Source: Callorhinchus milii (Eukaryota). Taken from it: a DNA stretch of 64,000 bases. Below the pieces are notes generated by a model. It had not been told where the DNA came from, did no database searches, and saw only the letters and a list, made by a program, of their open reading frames with translations. The stretch spans positions 8,620,001 through 8,684,000 of the forward strand of contig NW_024704743.1 in NCBI RefSeq assembly GCF_018977255.1, in the 5' to 3' direction. Below are positions 39,515 to 52,065 of the stretch, one piece after another (position 1 is the first letter of the stretch; each line of letters begins with the position of its first letter). Position numbers and translations under genes: made by a program.

Positions 39515-42362
39515 CTAGAAAGGAAAAAAAGAATGAATACATGGGTTCTGAAATGTTACAAGCTGAGCTTTGCATTACAAGGCCCAATAACATTTTTTTT
39601 CGGTCAGCCAGGTACACTTAAGCATGGTGATGGAATTCCACATGTGTCAGACACTCGGCTGACCAAAAAAAATTAAAGACTTACTTCACTTTTATTGTCT
39701 CGTTATAATCATTTGAACGCAGAGCCCAAATTACTCATCACTGAAGACTTCAGAAACACAAAAAGAAGAATTATTTTAATTTACAGATATAAATACAAAC
39801 CAATGGAACAATTTTCCCTTTGGCACAAGTTGTGTGATGGCTTGAAGTTAGAGCTAACACCCAATGACCTCTCACTTTTTGTGCCAGTTCTTCCATTCTT
39901 AGATCTGCCCTGCAATTCCCTTTTAAGGCTTGAATTATCACTATTTTCTAGTATCATTTTTCATCAAAGTTGGAAGAGACTGAATTTTTACAATCCACCC
40001 ATGGTAAATAATAACAACTTTCTAGATCTCTAGATTTTTGGGCAATTTGGTAGGGAAAAAATTCAAACAATCAAGTGCACAATTATTAGTGATGGACAAT
40101 GACATCCACCCCCACCTCCAATAGTGCTGGCCATATTATAAACATTGAATTTTCAATGCAAAGTATTGCTTTAAACAGTGGTGTAACCCATCTTGAAATT
40201 CAATGGCTTTATGAGAAAGGGGTGTGTATTTAGCTAAATATTTTGACTCTTAAACTCCACTTTAAGTTTTAGCACCAGAATCCCCCAAAGGTTTCAGAAA
40301 AGGTCATACATTTATAAAGACAAAATTCAAAGCAAAGGCGTACAATGCTGTTCAACTAGCTGAATGAGCAATTTAACAATCCAATTTGAGAGCGTGGATT
40401 TACTAGAATGATTCCTGGTGACAAGGGCCTAAATTATGATGAAAGAATGGAAAACATGGATTGAGTTCAGGAGGTTGAGGGTTGATCTGATCGAAGTGTA
40501 TAAAATTATGAAGTAATAAATACAGCATATAGTTGGGGACACATGTCAAGCGACTTGCCAGGATGATGGAACTGAACTAGATGGACCTTGGTCTTCTTTT
40601 GTCTAGCAAATTCTTATATTCTTATAAGCACACTCATATTACTACTGTTATTCCCTGCAGTGGATGGATGTGATTTTGTAAATGTGTTAGGACAAATAGA
40701 TATTGGGAATTCTAATGACATCATTTCAGGGCATTATTCTGCACATATAACAGGCTCCTCCAAGAACACCAATATAAGCACCCTAAATTCCAGCCCCATT
40801 AAAGGCAATTCTTATGTAATAACAGTATGCTTTGGAATTTCCATGAACATTTTAACTAAATTGTTTAAATATGCTAAATTTTGTAAGGTTTGTCAAGAAA
40901 TTAGATACTTTGTGTATCCTTATGAATAATGTACGTATCGGTTATGCTGTCTATTCCACAGCTAAAATAGTTACTCTGAGTAACAACATTTTCACCCAGC
41001 AACCTACATTATTCACTTTTAAAATGAACATTTCATGCAGAAATTACACAAAAATAAAAAAGATATACATTTGAGGTGTTCATTCAGTTATTATTTTAGG
41101 TTTGAACTCACAGCACATTACCAACAGATCAGCATTTGATTTAGATTCCGCTATTCAAAAGATGGTCATGCAACATTATTGGGAGTTCCACGAAGTAGTA
41201 AATTAAAACAGTTGGGTTCACATGCTTTAAGATTGTAAACATATAGTTCTGGCACACAAACCTATACAATCAGTCTTAACTAGCATGGTTATTAATGCAG
41301 TGGGGTAAGAAAAAGCATCAAGTAATAAAGTTAACAATAACTGATCTTAGCCACTGGGTTTAATAATAGATCAACAGGAATTTTGATTATCCAGTGATAA
41401 TCCAGTGCTTGTGTGTGGAAATGAGTGAGAGCAGGATCAAGTTCAGATGTAAGGCATAGCTTCCCCTCTGTGTGGTGAGGCTACGTCAGTGACTTATCTA
41501 TATAGATTTTAAAGGTGAGCTACACGCCTCTGTAACCAGAGGGTAGGTAACTTGCCCCCAGGTAATTCACAATTATCTGGTTGCTGGGAGGCATATGTCC
41601 CAGCACCTTGGGACATCCTCCCGACACAAAAGACGCTTTACAAATGTAGTTTTGTTGTTGTATGTTACAGTGCTTGTTTTAAAGATATCCTATCACTCTC
41701 CTTCCCGCCCACTGAAGTTTGGTGACGTCAGTGGCAACCCAATAACCTGCAAGTGTTAAACGGTGGCTTTTCTAATGGGTTGGCTATAGAACACAGGGTC
41801 TACTTTTATGGACTCAAACTACCACATTATAATGAGGCGCTACTATGGATAGCAGCTCAAACACAACTAAGGTCTACCATGATTAGTTTAAAAAACACAT
41901 CAAGCAGACACTCCGATAAATGGGCTGAAAATTCAACAAAGCACCACTGAAGAAAACACTAAAAAAGGCTAAACTTGAAACCAAATCTTGTAGCCCGAAG
42001 ACAAACAGCTTAGTTAGTAATCACTCAAAAATGCTCTTGTGTACATAAGAATTTTGAAACAGTAAAAGGTCCTGCTGTTTCCAGAAGGAAAATGTAACAA
42101 TGATGTTTTTAAAATGCAAGTTTTTAATACTTGGGAAAATCTTGGCGTAAGTAAATAATGTTTTAGTTTAAATAATTGATATTGGTTACTCCTTCTGCAT
42201 TCATGATTCAATCCGAATGGCCAACAAACTAATTTGTATAAAATGTGGATGTTGCACAGCATTAATATTAATTACATTCCATTTTCCATGTAAATCTCAT
42301 AGGGCAAGTCTTCGGTCACTACACTGTTAAGAATGCACAAGCAGGTAAAGCAAAGAAAATCA

Positions 42363-42368
42363 CATGCA
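42363..42368 (-). promoter_or_regulatory. RBFOX-type UGCAUG intronic splicing element downstream of exon D
   Basis: Plus strand catgca = minus TGCATG, about 20 nt after the exon D donor, with UGCU motifs nearby. Confidence 0.55.
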
Positions 42369-42394
42369 AGAAAAGGAGAGAGATACAAACAGAT

Positions 42395-42472
42395 TTAGAG
42401 AGGAGCAGCTTTACGTCCAAAATTTGGATTCTTGAATTTGTTTATAGGACTCTTGTAAATAGGATTTTCTTG
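42395..42472 (-). CDS. ITGB1: ITGB1 alternative exon D (beta1D striated-muscle cytoplasmic tail), coding part including TAA
   Basis: Strong polypyrimidine tract then tgtag. QENPIYKSPINKFKNPNFGRKAAPL*, close to mammalian beta1D QENPIYKSPINNFKNPNYGRKAGL. Candidate donor GT at 42390 or 42386. Confidence 0.93.
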   Translation of the reverse strand, partial: QENPIYKSPINKFKNPNFGRKAAPL

Positions 42473-44244
42473 CTACAGGGAGAAGAAAAGTAGAGGTGGA
42501 ATGAAAAAACGGTCAGCAATGAACTGAAATTTACTGCAATTTCTAATGTGACTCTTTAATAAGGAAAATGAAGTAGGTCGTCCCCATTTGTATGACCTCT
42601 ATTCCAATGAAATCCGGAGCAGAATTCTCAGAAGACAATACTATGTACTGTACTTCCAAGTTAACAGAAAGAATCTCTACTCGGTTTGCTTACTGAGGAA
42701 ACCCATTAGAATTTGCCATATCACTTGTTCTACAAGCAAGCTGCACGTTTAAAACTTAAGACCGGAAGGAAAGACTATTTATATCTTCTATAGAGTTAAG
42801 GCAACCACCATTTGCAGAAACTGGGACTGATGGCTCAAAATTAGTTAAAAGGGACTTAATCACAATTGCCACCCTTTTCCAAGTTTCTGACAAACACTAC
42901 CTGATATTCTAGTACCAAATGTGAAAAGAATTGCAATTTTATAGGGTATAGAATATGAGCTGATTTCTAGTTAGGGGTTGCATTTTTAAAAATTCCTTTA
43001 CAGGAGTGATGATACTATACAGTTTTCATGCTGCTTCTGGCTTAGGGAAAAAAAGGAAAGAGAAGAGACAGGCAGTGCCGGGGAACTGACCTGAAGAGCT
43101 TCAGTTTAGTATTTCAGATAATCTCTCACCTGCACACATTTGGGCTGAAATTTCACTTTCACTTGAAGTTACGCAAAAGGACAAATGTTTTACTGCTCAC
43201 GTGCTAAAACTATTCAGTGCTTATCGATACAGTAGTAATTTGATTGTAAGCAAATTACCAAATTAGATATCCTTTAATTAGATTTATGTTTATTACAATT
43301 TGCAATTGCAAATTGAAGTGACAGTAGCATATTTCATTTTCATATTAGAATTCAATTCGTTCCATTTTTAAATACGTTACATTCAACCAAAACTAAACAT
43401 GAATTGAGTGACTACATTTTAAGAAAACTAATGATCAATGAAGTCTTGAGTTTTTACTCAGATGAAAACTAGTAACTCATGTATGAACTAACGTTGCAAG
43501 GAAAGAAGATGAGTTAACTTCAAGATGTGCTGCCTGACAGCTGAAGATTGGAATCCGTTGATGCAACCATTTGTGGTCTCAGTGGTCTAGCACTCAAACT
43601 GGACACTTCCACAGTAATTCAGACAGTTGAAGACAGACTGGACACCTTGGCTCGTTTAGCAAGATTTAGAGAAGCAGATCAGTTACTGGGGACTGGGATA
43701 CTTTCCACCTGGCTTCTGTTAGTTCTGATTCCCCAGCCCTTGAAACCCTAATGGGGACGGTGGTCCAAGCTGGAAAAGCTTGCAGTGTTTACAATTGTAA
43801 GCTGGAAAGATTTAGCTGGTTACACTCCAGTAGTACCTCAGACCGGTGTTCTCAACAAGTGCCTAACCTCTCTAGGACTGCAAACTCTTCTGGGGAGAGG
43901 GTACAAATGGAAAATACATATGTGGAACTGATCAGTTTGGACTGGAAATTTAAGGATGGTGATGGGTTTCCACAGATGTTATACACCTGGTTGACCAAAA
44001 AAATCAAGTGCTCACAAGCTCCTGTAGATCACACAAAGCATTGTTTGAAGAAATCATGGAATTTGTTAATCCGGTATATCATTTTAGGGCACATTGCCAG
44101 TTTGTTACTACAGTGAAGATAGCATTGAAACACTGTATGGAGAACAGTTTTACAGTATATTCATGGAAGGCCATGGATATACCTTTTTTTGCATCAATAA
44201 ATTTATAAATTGCATGGAATAACTAGAGCTATGCTAGTATTTCA

Positions 44245-44475
<231 letters not shown>

Positions 44476-44736
44476 TTATGCTTCTGATTCATATTAACTA
44501 GAACACTGAAACATTTCTATATAAATTTTAATTCCATAGTACCTAAACATTGACTGGCTTGCTCAGCGTTGGTTTACAGTTATTTACACTCTATTTTACT
44601 TAGAGATTGGGATTCTTTAATTATTCTGTGCTGTCAATAGTTCAATATAATGCTTTCTGACGGGAGAATTTAGGTTATTATTCCACATATTTCTGTCTCA
44701 AAAAAAGTATCAAAAATGCATTTTTTAAAAAAACTA

Positions 44737-45056
44737 CTAATAATAATAATCCTTGCATTTGTTATAGCGCTTTTCACGTCAGGAGGACGTCCTAAAGCGC
44801 TTCACAGAACACACTGTAAAGTGAATTGACTGTATATTTGTGGGCGAACGCGGCAACCAATTGGACACAGCAATATCCCACAAACAATCGTAGATTGAAA
44901 ATGACCAATTTTATTATTGGTTTTGGGTTTTGGAGGGATTATTATTAGGCGTGTGGAGTAAGGAAACTTGCCCAAGGTTTCGCCCTCTGCCTGGAATTGA
45001 ACTCAGGTCTCTCGCTTGTAAAGCGAGTGCTCTAACCACTGAGCTACAGGACTCCA
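44737..45056 (-). mobile_element. Young tRNA-Ala-derived mosaic SINE, full length
   Basis: Head GGAGTCCTGTAGCTCAGTGGTTAGAGCAC... with A/B boxes, then ccttgggcaagtttccttactccacac, the 3' part of the Deu domain and an L2-type tail ending (att)n. Confidence 0.9.
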
Positions 45057-46266
45057 AATGTTAAGGGATATGGGGATAGGGCAGGTAAATGGAATTAGGT
45101 AAGATCAGTCATGATCTTATTAAATGGCGGTAGACTCGAGGGGCGAATGGTCTACTACTGCTCCTATTTCTTATCTTCTTATGCTCTTAAGAGTCCTCAT
45201 GTAGCTATAAGTTGAGATTCTACAAGAGAGCCATGGTTTCCCAACTGCAACAATGAAGGATAAAGCAAAGCTGTTGAGACATAATAAATAATAATCCTTG
45301 CATTTGATATAGTGCTTTATGAATTCTTTGAGACGTCTCAAAGCCTTCACAGAATATACTGTAAAGTGAATTGTTTGTATATTTTGCAGGCGAGATATCC
45401 TGTCCAGGGCACTGATTTTCAGATACTTTCCTGCCTTTGTTTATAATTAAGTAGCTAATTGGTTGACAAACTATCCTGTAGAACCCCAGGCCCAGTAAGA
45501 AAGTCATTCTTAAACCCACAATCAAATACATCAGAAGCTCTGCAATCAAGAGCACAGTTATAGTTTCCTGTCTCAGGTACAGATACATGGGGGGGCTAAA
45601 TTGGCCCCAGGCTTCCCAAGGTGGAAAACCAGTCAGGCATGGCCAGGCTTAACAGCTGTGACATCCTTTAAGGTTAGTTGGCCAGCAGCCACTCACTACC
45701 AAATTCACACATGAACAATAATGGCTCTGAAAAGAAGGAATGAGTAAAAATGAAGAAAAAATGAAGAGTACTTGGGAGTTCTCTGAAGTATCTGTGTAAA
45801 GCTTACCATGAGTATAAGTAATTAGAAAACTGCAAATATGTTCCGTCATTACATAGAGAGGCTGGGTATTGTGCAAGATGACTGTTCCTTTAGCCCTTCT
45901 TCCCTGTGGAGCAATGCCTGCTGCGTTTCCACTTTTCTACAACTCATAGAACTCACTCTGTGGGAGTGCTTAACTGACCTGTTAGACCAACAGTACACTA
46001 AAAGGATAGAAGTTATATTTGAAGGTATAGATCCTCGACAACTAGAAGCCAAGCTCTTAATTGGACTTATAAAGCCAAGATCTGGAATCATCTGCCACTT
46101 CATGGCAAGAATTGTACAAAGTTCTAATAAATTAGCATAATTTTGTAAAAAAGCTCAAGAACTAGACTTAGCGTTTGAGTAACTAGGTAGCATTTTAATT
46201 TTGCCCATTTTGCCTTTGGTTAGGAAAGTCACACTGTGTGTGCAGAATACACGACAAAGTGCTTAC

Positions 46267-46493
46267 CTGGAGTTTTAGTAACGTGTACTTCTGGGACATT
46301 CTGATCATTAACAGAGTACGAAAAGTAGAACCAACAGTCGTCCTCATCCTTCTCCTTACAATGAGCAATGGACTTAACTTGGCCTGGCTGTGGCAGCTGG
46401 TCTTGGCGTTCTACCAGTATAACTTCAAACTCACACTGATCACATGTATCTTTCTTGGGTCCTTTGTTAAAGGCTTTACACTGAAGACAGTCC
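46267..46493 (-). CDS. ITGB1: ITGB1 exon 14 equivalent (beta-tail domain)
   Basis: 227 nt, phase 2 to 1. [17 protein letters not shown]...[19 protein letters not shown]...VTKTP(E). Confidence 0.96.
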
Positions 46494-47680
46494 CTGTGCA
46501 CACAGGTAATGAAAGAGTTAACATGCACCAAACAGGAAGGTCAAGATATGAAAGATTTAATATACAGAGAATCAAATTAAAACAGCAGATGAACAGGCAA
46601 GTGTTTTTTTTAAACGTATCAATTTTAATAAAACCATTAGTGTGTTGGTCAGTGTTAAACTGAACTATTATGCTGAGAGTACACGCTTTCAAATCCAATG
46701 CAACCACAAAAAGCAGCCAATAAAATAAACAAATTAAAAAGGAACATTGTTTTTACACATTTATTGCCATCTTTACGATACTATTTTATGTAGAGAATTC
46801 CAAAAAGTCTAATGTAGAATCTTAGTAAATCGACAACCCATTATTCCCTTTTAATTTAAGATGTTTAGCAGTTGCTGGTTTTCCTTTCAATTTTCTATGC
46901 TCTGTGTTTGTTGGGGTTACTGCTGTCGTCCAACCAACTAAAAATTGTATAACTTGCCATCGAAAGCACCGTCTGTCTGGCATGCAGCTCGGGACATCCT
47001 ACACGTTAGGGCGTTGGCTTGGAGGGTTAACAGAAGCCGAGGGGATGATTCCCTGCCCCCGGTAATTGTCTGCCCTTCCGAGCACTGCTTAGGAACCAGG
47101 CTGTGCTGTTAGCAGTACCCTGGAATACTGCAGGCCCACCTGGCTTAGGAACTGGACTACCGAGACCACTACAGATGGCTGGCTCAATTCCGACATTCCA
47201 TTGCCAGTTCAGCTCCAAGGAGCTCGCACTTAACTCCCCGACAAGGAGGATAATCACTGATAGTCAAATTTGTCATTTGATATCCGACAAGTGCAGGTTT
47301 GATCCCTTACTAGATGGGTGAAGGTACCAAAAACGTCCTGCAAGTGTATTTTGTAGGTGAACACCCACAACAAAAAAGTGAAGCTGCATTTTGACTATCT
47401 GCATTTTCACAACAATAATAATAATATTACTGCTTGAAGCACCATTTTGGACAAAGGAGGAACTGCAGCCCACTTTACATTTTTCGTCAGACCTCTTGGA
47501 TCACTGAAAAAGTTACTTGAGGGTGGTTGGAAAAATACACAATGTATTCATGCAATTTTGTATTAGCTGTTAGCTTGTTACTTCCTGAAGACTGTGTTAT
47601 TAGCTTTCCAAGAAAGAAGGTTAAAACAATTTTCAAATTCTATTTACATACTTATATTCCTCAGTCAATTGGCTACTTAC

Positions 47681-47903
47681 TTGTGCTCCGTACAGACTCC
47701 AGGGCAAGTTGGACACATCTCACAAGCAGATCCCTGAAATTTGGGATCTGTACATTTACAGCGACCACAATCACACATTCCTCTGCCATTACACATCTGG
47801 CCATTCTTTGAAATGCACGTTGAATTGTCCAATGAGCAATCACAGGCATTGCCTGTGAAGTTGGGGAAGCAATCACATACTCTGCACTTACAAATGCCAT
47901 TCC
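47681..47903 (-). CDS. ITGB1: ITGB1 exon 13 equivalent (I-EGF3/4)
   Basis: 223 nt with [77 protein letters not shown](K). Confidence 0.96.
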
Positions 47904-49054
47904 CTGCAAAAAGACAAGATTTACGTTTATAACCTTGTCTTTTATTTCTTAAGTTTCCTTAACATTTTTTTCTCCTCATATTATCCAGGTTAGAAAGCAG
48001 AGTAGGATCCGGTGTTGCTGGTTATAGTGAACTCTATCAGGAATTCTTCATTTTACCTCTAATCTACTAGACTGTTGGGGAGGAAAAGTAGCCAACATTA
48101 GGAATTAAATATTTTGCATCTGACAAGATCATGTGAGGATGTAGCTTATAATACAGCATTATGCAACCACACTATTACTAGTGTCTAATGTTCAGAAAAG
48201 GATGAATCATTTAAAAAGTTTAGCAATATCTTGCATTGTGTATCAATTACTATTTAACATATTTTTCTTCATATAATCTATTAGCCACACAATCATTCTG
48301 TAGCACTTAAAAAAAAATCATTGATAAAACAGAGCTAAGAAATTCTGTTTCTCTACTTCAGCTCAGATGATCTAACTTGACCTTCTTCTTTAATGCAATT
48401 CAACAACATCTTAAAATTTGAACAAAGCTGGTTAAAAGGAAACAATTGGTTGTGAAAATGTGGGATGCACTGAGTGCAGAAATGATTTGAGTTATTTAAA
48501 AAGGGAGAGAAATAGAAACTTGGGAAGTAAAGGTATTGATAACTTTAATTTATTTTGTACCCTTCATGTGATGTAGTGTCTCAGAGTGCAAGGGTCATGG
48601 AGAAAAAACTGGGAAACATGATTACAAGCTCTGCCAAAATCTAATAAAATGGTGGATTAAGCCAGGCATTATGATCTATCTATATGGCTTAATAGCTACC
48701 AAGTAACATGGAGACACACACAAAAGACAAATCAGAAACCTAATCAGCCAAACAATACCTGGGTTATCACCACAATGTGTAGGTTTTCGTCCCACTTTCT
48801 TTCAGACTAAATTAAGAAACTTTATGCATCTGTTACGTGATTTTAAGGCAGAATGACATCCACTTCAAGACGTAAACATTAAGACTGAATCAATCTGGCT
48901 GCTTAATACACAATACAAGCTTAAATTTCACAAATGGATTTCAAGAACTGGTGAATTATAAATGTGTATAAACACATTATGAAAACAAATGTCCATTAAT
49001 CACAAATGTAAACGTAAAACCTAAAACAGGTCATTCATTACATCATGTACTTAC

Positions 49055-49293
49055 CGCCACAAATTAAGCCGTTGGATCGGTCACAGTTGAAATTGTCACA
49101 TTCACAATATTTGCCTGAGACGATTTCATTAGGATTTTCCCTTTTTGTACAGACACATTCTCCACAGACGCAATCTCCAATGTCGCTGCAAATTAAAGAT
49201 GTATTGTCCTTCCTGCAGGAAGCGTCCATATCCTGGCTGTTTACTTCATCTGTGCTGCATTCACACATTCGACCAATGCGACCCTCGTTACAC
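49055..49293 (-). CDS. ITGB1: ITGB1 exon 12 equivalent (I-EGF2/3)
   Basis: 239 nt with [32 protein letters not shown]...[17 protein letters not shown](G). Confidence 0.97.
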
Positions 49294-49812
49294 CTGAAAG
49301 TGAAACAGTCCATTTTTACAACCAGTGACAGTAAACACACACAACTTGACAAAACCATCACCTTCAGGAATTGTGCCCACCTCCACCCTAAACAAAGATG
49401 GAAAATGGCACAACTATCCAATGAACAACTGTGCTCCACCGAGTCGTCTCTATTTTAAAACAGTTTCCCCCAAAACGTCACAAGTTCAAATATTGAGATG
49501 TACATTGCAAAGCATTAAATGATTTCTAAATTACAGCCCAAATCAATTCCTCTTCACTGATATCATGAACATTTTCACAAATAATTCTACCTACAAAGTA
49601 CAAACACTTAAAACAATATATGTGTGTATATACACACACATACATATAAGCATACATTCCACCCACAAAATAATCCACTTTACAATACATTGTGAAGCAC
49701 TGAGATGGCTCAATGACTTAATAAGGCGCAATATCAAATGCAAGGATTATTATTAATATTATCAACATACACACCTCTTATTAAACTAGTACTGGACATG
49801 CAGATAACCTAC

Positions 49813-50006
49813 CTGCATGCTCCACACTCAAATGTTCCATTATGACACTTTTCTTCATCAACAACTCCAGAATTGTGGCATTCACATTCACAAATAAACT
49901 TCAGAGTAATTTCAACCTTCTCCGTGAAACCAAGGGGTCTGATTTCAATGGTTGTTTCTCTTTTACTTGGACATTTTCTTGCTGTAATGCTTATGTTGAA
50001 GCTCAC
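49813..50006 (-). CDS. ITGB1: ITGB1 exon 11 equivalent (hybrid / I-EGF1)
   Basis: 194 nt, phase 0 to 2. [13 protein letters not shown]...[27 protein letters not shown](R). Confidence 0.95.
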
Positions 50007-50643
50007 CTAAGGAGGTGGAAGAAAAGTTTATTGGTTTACACATCTTAAATAGTTTTGCACCGTTCTCTACATACCCTCAACACATTGTGCAAGAAGTAGT
50101 TGACACATCTCTATCAATATCCAACACAATCAGTTCTAATCTCAACTATTTATGGGTTAGGGGAAGAGAGAGATATCAACCAATTTTTTTAAAAAAAAAA
50201 CGATCTTGGTTTCATCTCTAGTCTCATAGTTATACAGCATGATATAGCTTATCTTAGAGCATGAACTCTTGGCTAGACCTGCGTTATGTGGAAGTGATTG
50301 AATGAGATCTTAAATTGTTCAGCAAAGAAATCTGATACAATAGAACCTAGTTAGAATGTGGCAGTGGGAGTTTATAAAATCCCATCCTTCCTTATAACGA
50401 GTGCAATCAAGTATGGCTGCCAGACTGTCTGGCCTCCTACACTGAAAAAAAGTCTGACTTCCAGATCATCAGGTTGTCACATCATCCTTATACTTGCAGG
50501 AAGATATTGGTGGCAATCCGATGACCCAGAAGTTGGCCATTTAACTGTGTGGGAAGCAAACTGAAAAAGCAGCTTTGATAAGTTTCTGCGTTGAGCAATT
50601 CATTTAACTGAATTGTAATCCAAACTTGGCATAGGTATCTTAC

Positions 50644-50784
50644 CGCATCACCAATCTGAATGCCTGAACACTTTCTGCCATTTTCTCCTTTGTAGACAGT
50701 ATTATTCTTACAGTGGGCTATATAATCTATCGTCACCCCTTCCGGTAATTTGTTGTTCTCTAGGATAACCTCAGAAGATAAAGC
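50644..50784 (-). CDS. ITGB1: ITGB1 exon 10 equivalent (hybrid domain)
   Basis: 141 nt with AG/GT. ALSSEVILENNKLPEGVTIDYIAHCKNNTVYKGENGRKCSGIQIGDA. Confidence 0.96.
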
Positions 50785-50893
50785 CTGCATCGGATAACAA
50801 AAACAGAACATTACATTTGCAAGCACTGGAATGTCAAAGGAAGCCAAACTGATTTTGAAGCAGTTGAGCATTATTTTAACAGACAGTACTTAC

Positions 50894-50983
50894 ATGATAA
50901 GCATCAAGGATTAGCTTAATGACATTGCTGGAGTTGGATGACAAAACTCCAACTTCAGATTTTGGAATGAGATCATGGAGCGC
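50894..50983 (-). CDS. ITGB1: ITGB1 exon 9 equivalent
   Basis: 90 nt, aacag/.../gtaagt. ALHDLIPKSEVGVLSSNSSNVIKLILDAYH. Confidence 0.95.
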
Positions 50984-51969
50984 CTGTTGAAGTAGAGCAA
51001 CAATGGTTTATTTCCATTTTCTATATAGAATTCTTGTAGTAGGAAGTTGCTCATCATTAATATGTTACATACATCTTTCCAAAAGCAATAAGCATGGTAC
51101 AAACTGGATTACAGAATTCAGAGTGAATGTTAAATTCATTCTTGAAAAATTACTAGGAGATATAATGCAAGATTTATATTATAAAGGAATAACAGGATGC
51201 TGGGATGACTAATTTATGAAACAGATGGTACATTGGTACAATTAAGACTCAGATCAGAAGTATTTAAAATTAAAACAAATTCTATTCACTAAACAGAGCA
51301 ATTCTAGACTTTGCATCATGGTATGGATGAATTCAAATGGCTCATGTTCAGCAATATGAACTTTTGTTTGATATTAGTATTACATCATGGGAGGGAGCAA
51401 TATCACATTGATTTTATGGGTTAAGTTCTAGAATATGACCAAAGAAAAGGTTGCTTTGAAAATGGTGACAAAAGCAAAATGTGGACCCAAATGTTTTCAG
51501 TTGATAGCTACCATTAGAATTCACTGCATGTTGTAGATACACATACAATATTTATTTAATGCTGCTGTTGGATGCCTTGTAAGGCTGCACCAGTTGCTGA
51601 AGGTGAATGAAGAGCTGGCAAGAATGCCATCACTCAACATATTGTAGTAATGGGTGGAGGGCTCTTCAGATATAGGTCCTGACCCCCTTAACTATTACTT
51701 AGGTGACAGGCAGAAGGGGAATACAATTGTACCAATGAATGTATGTGTGGAATATATGATATATTTGCATCAAGAGGTTTAATAGCAGTGAAAATTGTAT
51801 CGTGTGCGAGCCTGATTACAGATGGAATCATTAGTGTATCATACAAGTATACAGAAACACTTGAACATTAAAAAAAAACCATACATTGTACTAAAGTGAT
51901 AGTGGATAACCCCTTACCTGATTGAAATTAACTGAAATTAATTCAACAACAAAATACAACAATTCTTAC

Positions 51970-52065
51970 CTTGTAGACTCCCTTGAACTCTTCTGTAACA
52001 GCAAAAATAGGCTGAATGTTATTGTCCCCAAGTTTTTGCACCAAATGAGCAATGGATGGATAATC
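51970..52065 (-). CDS. ITGB1: ITGB1 exon 8 equivalent
   Basis: 96 nt, ccag/.../gtaag. [32 protein letters not shown]. Confidence 0.96.
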
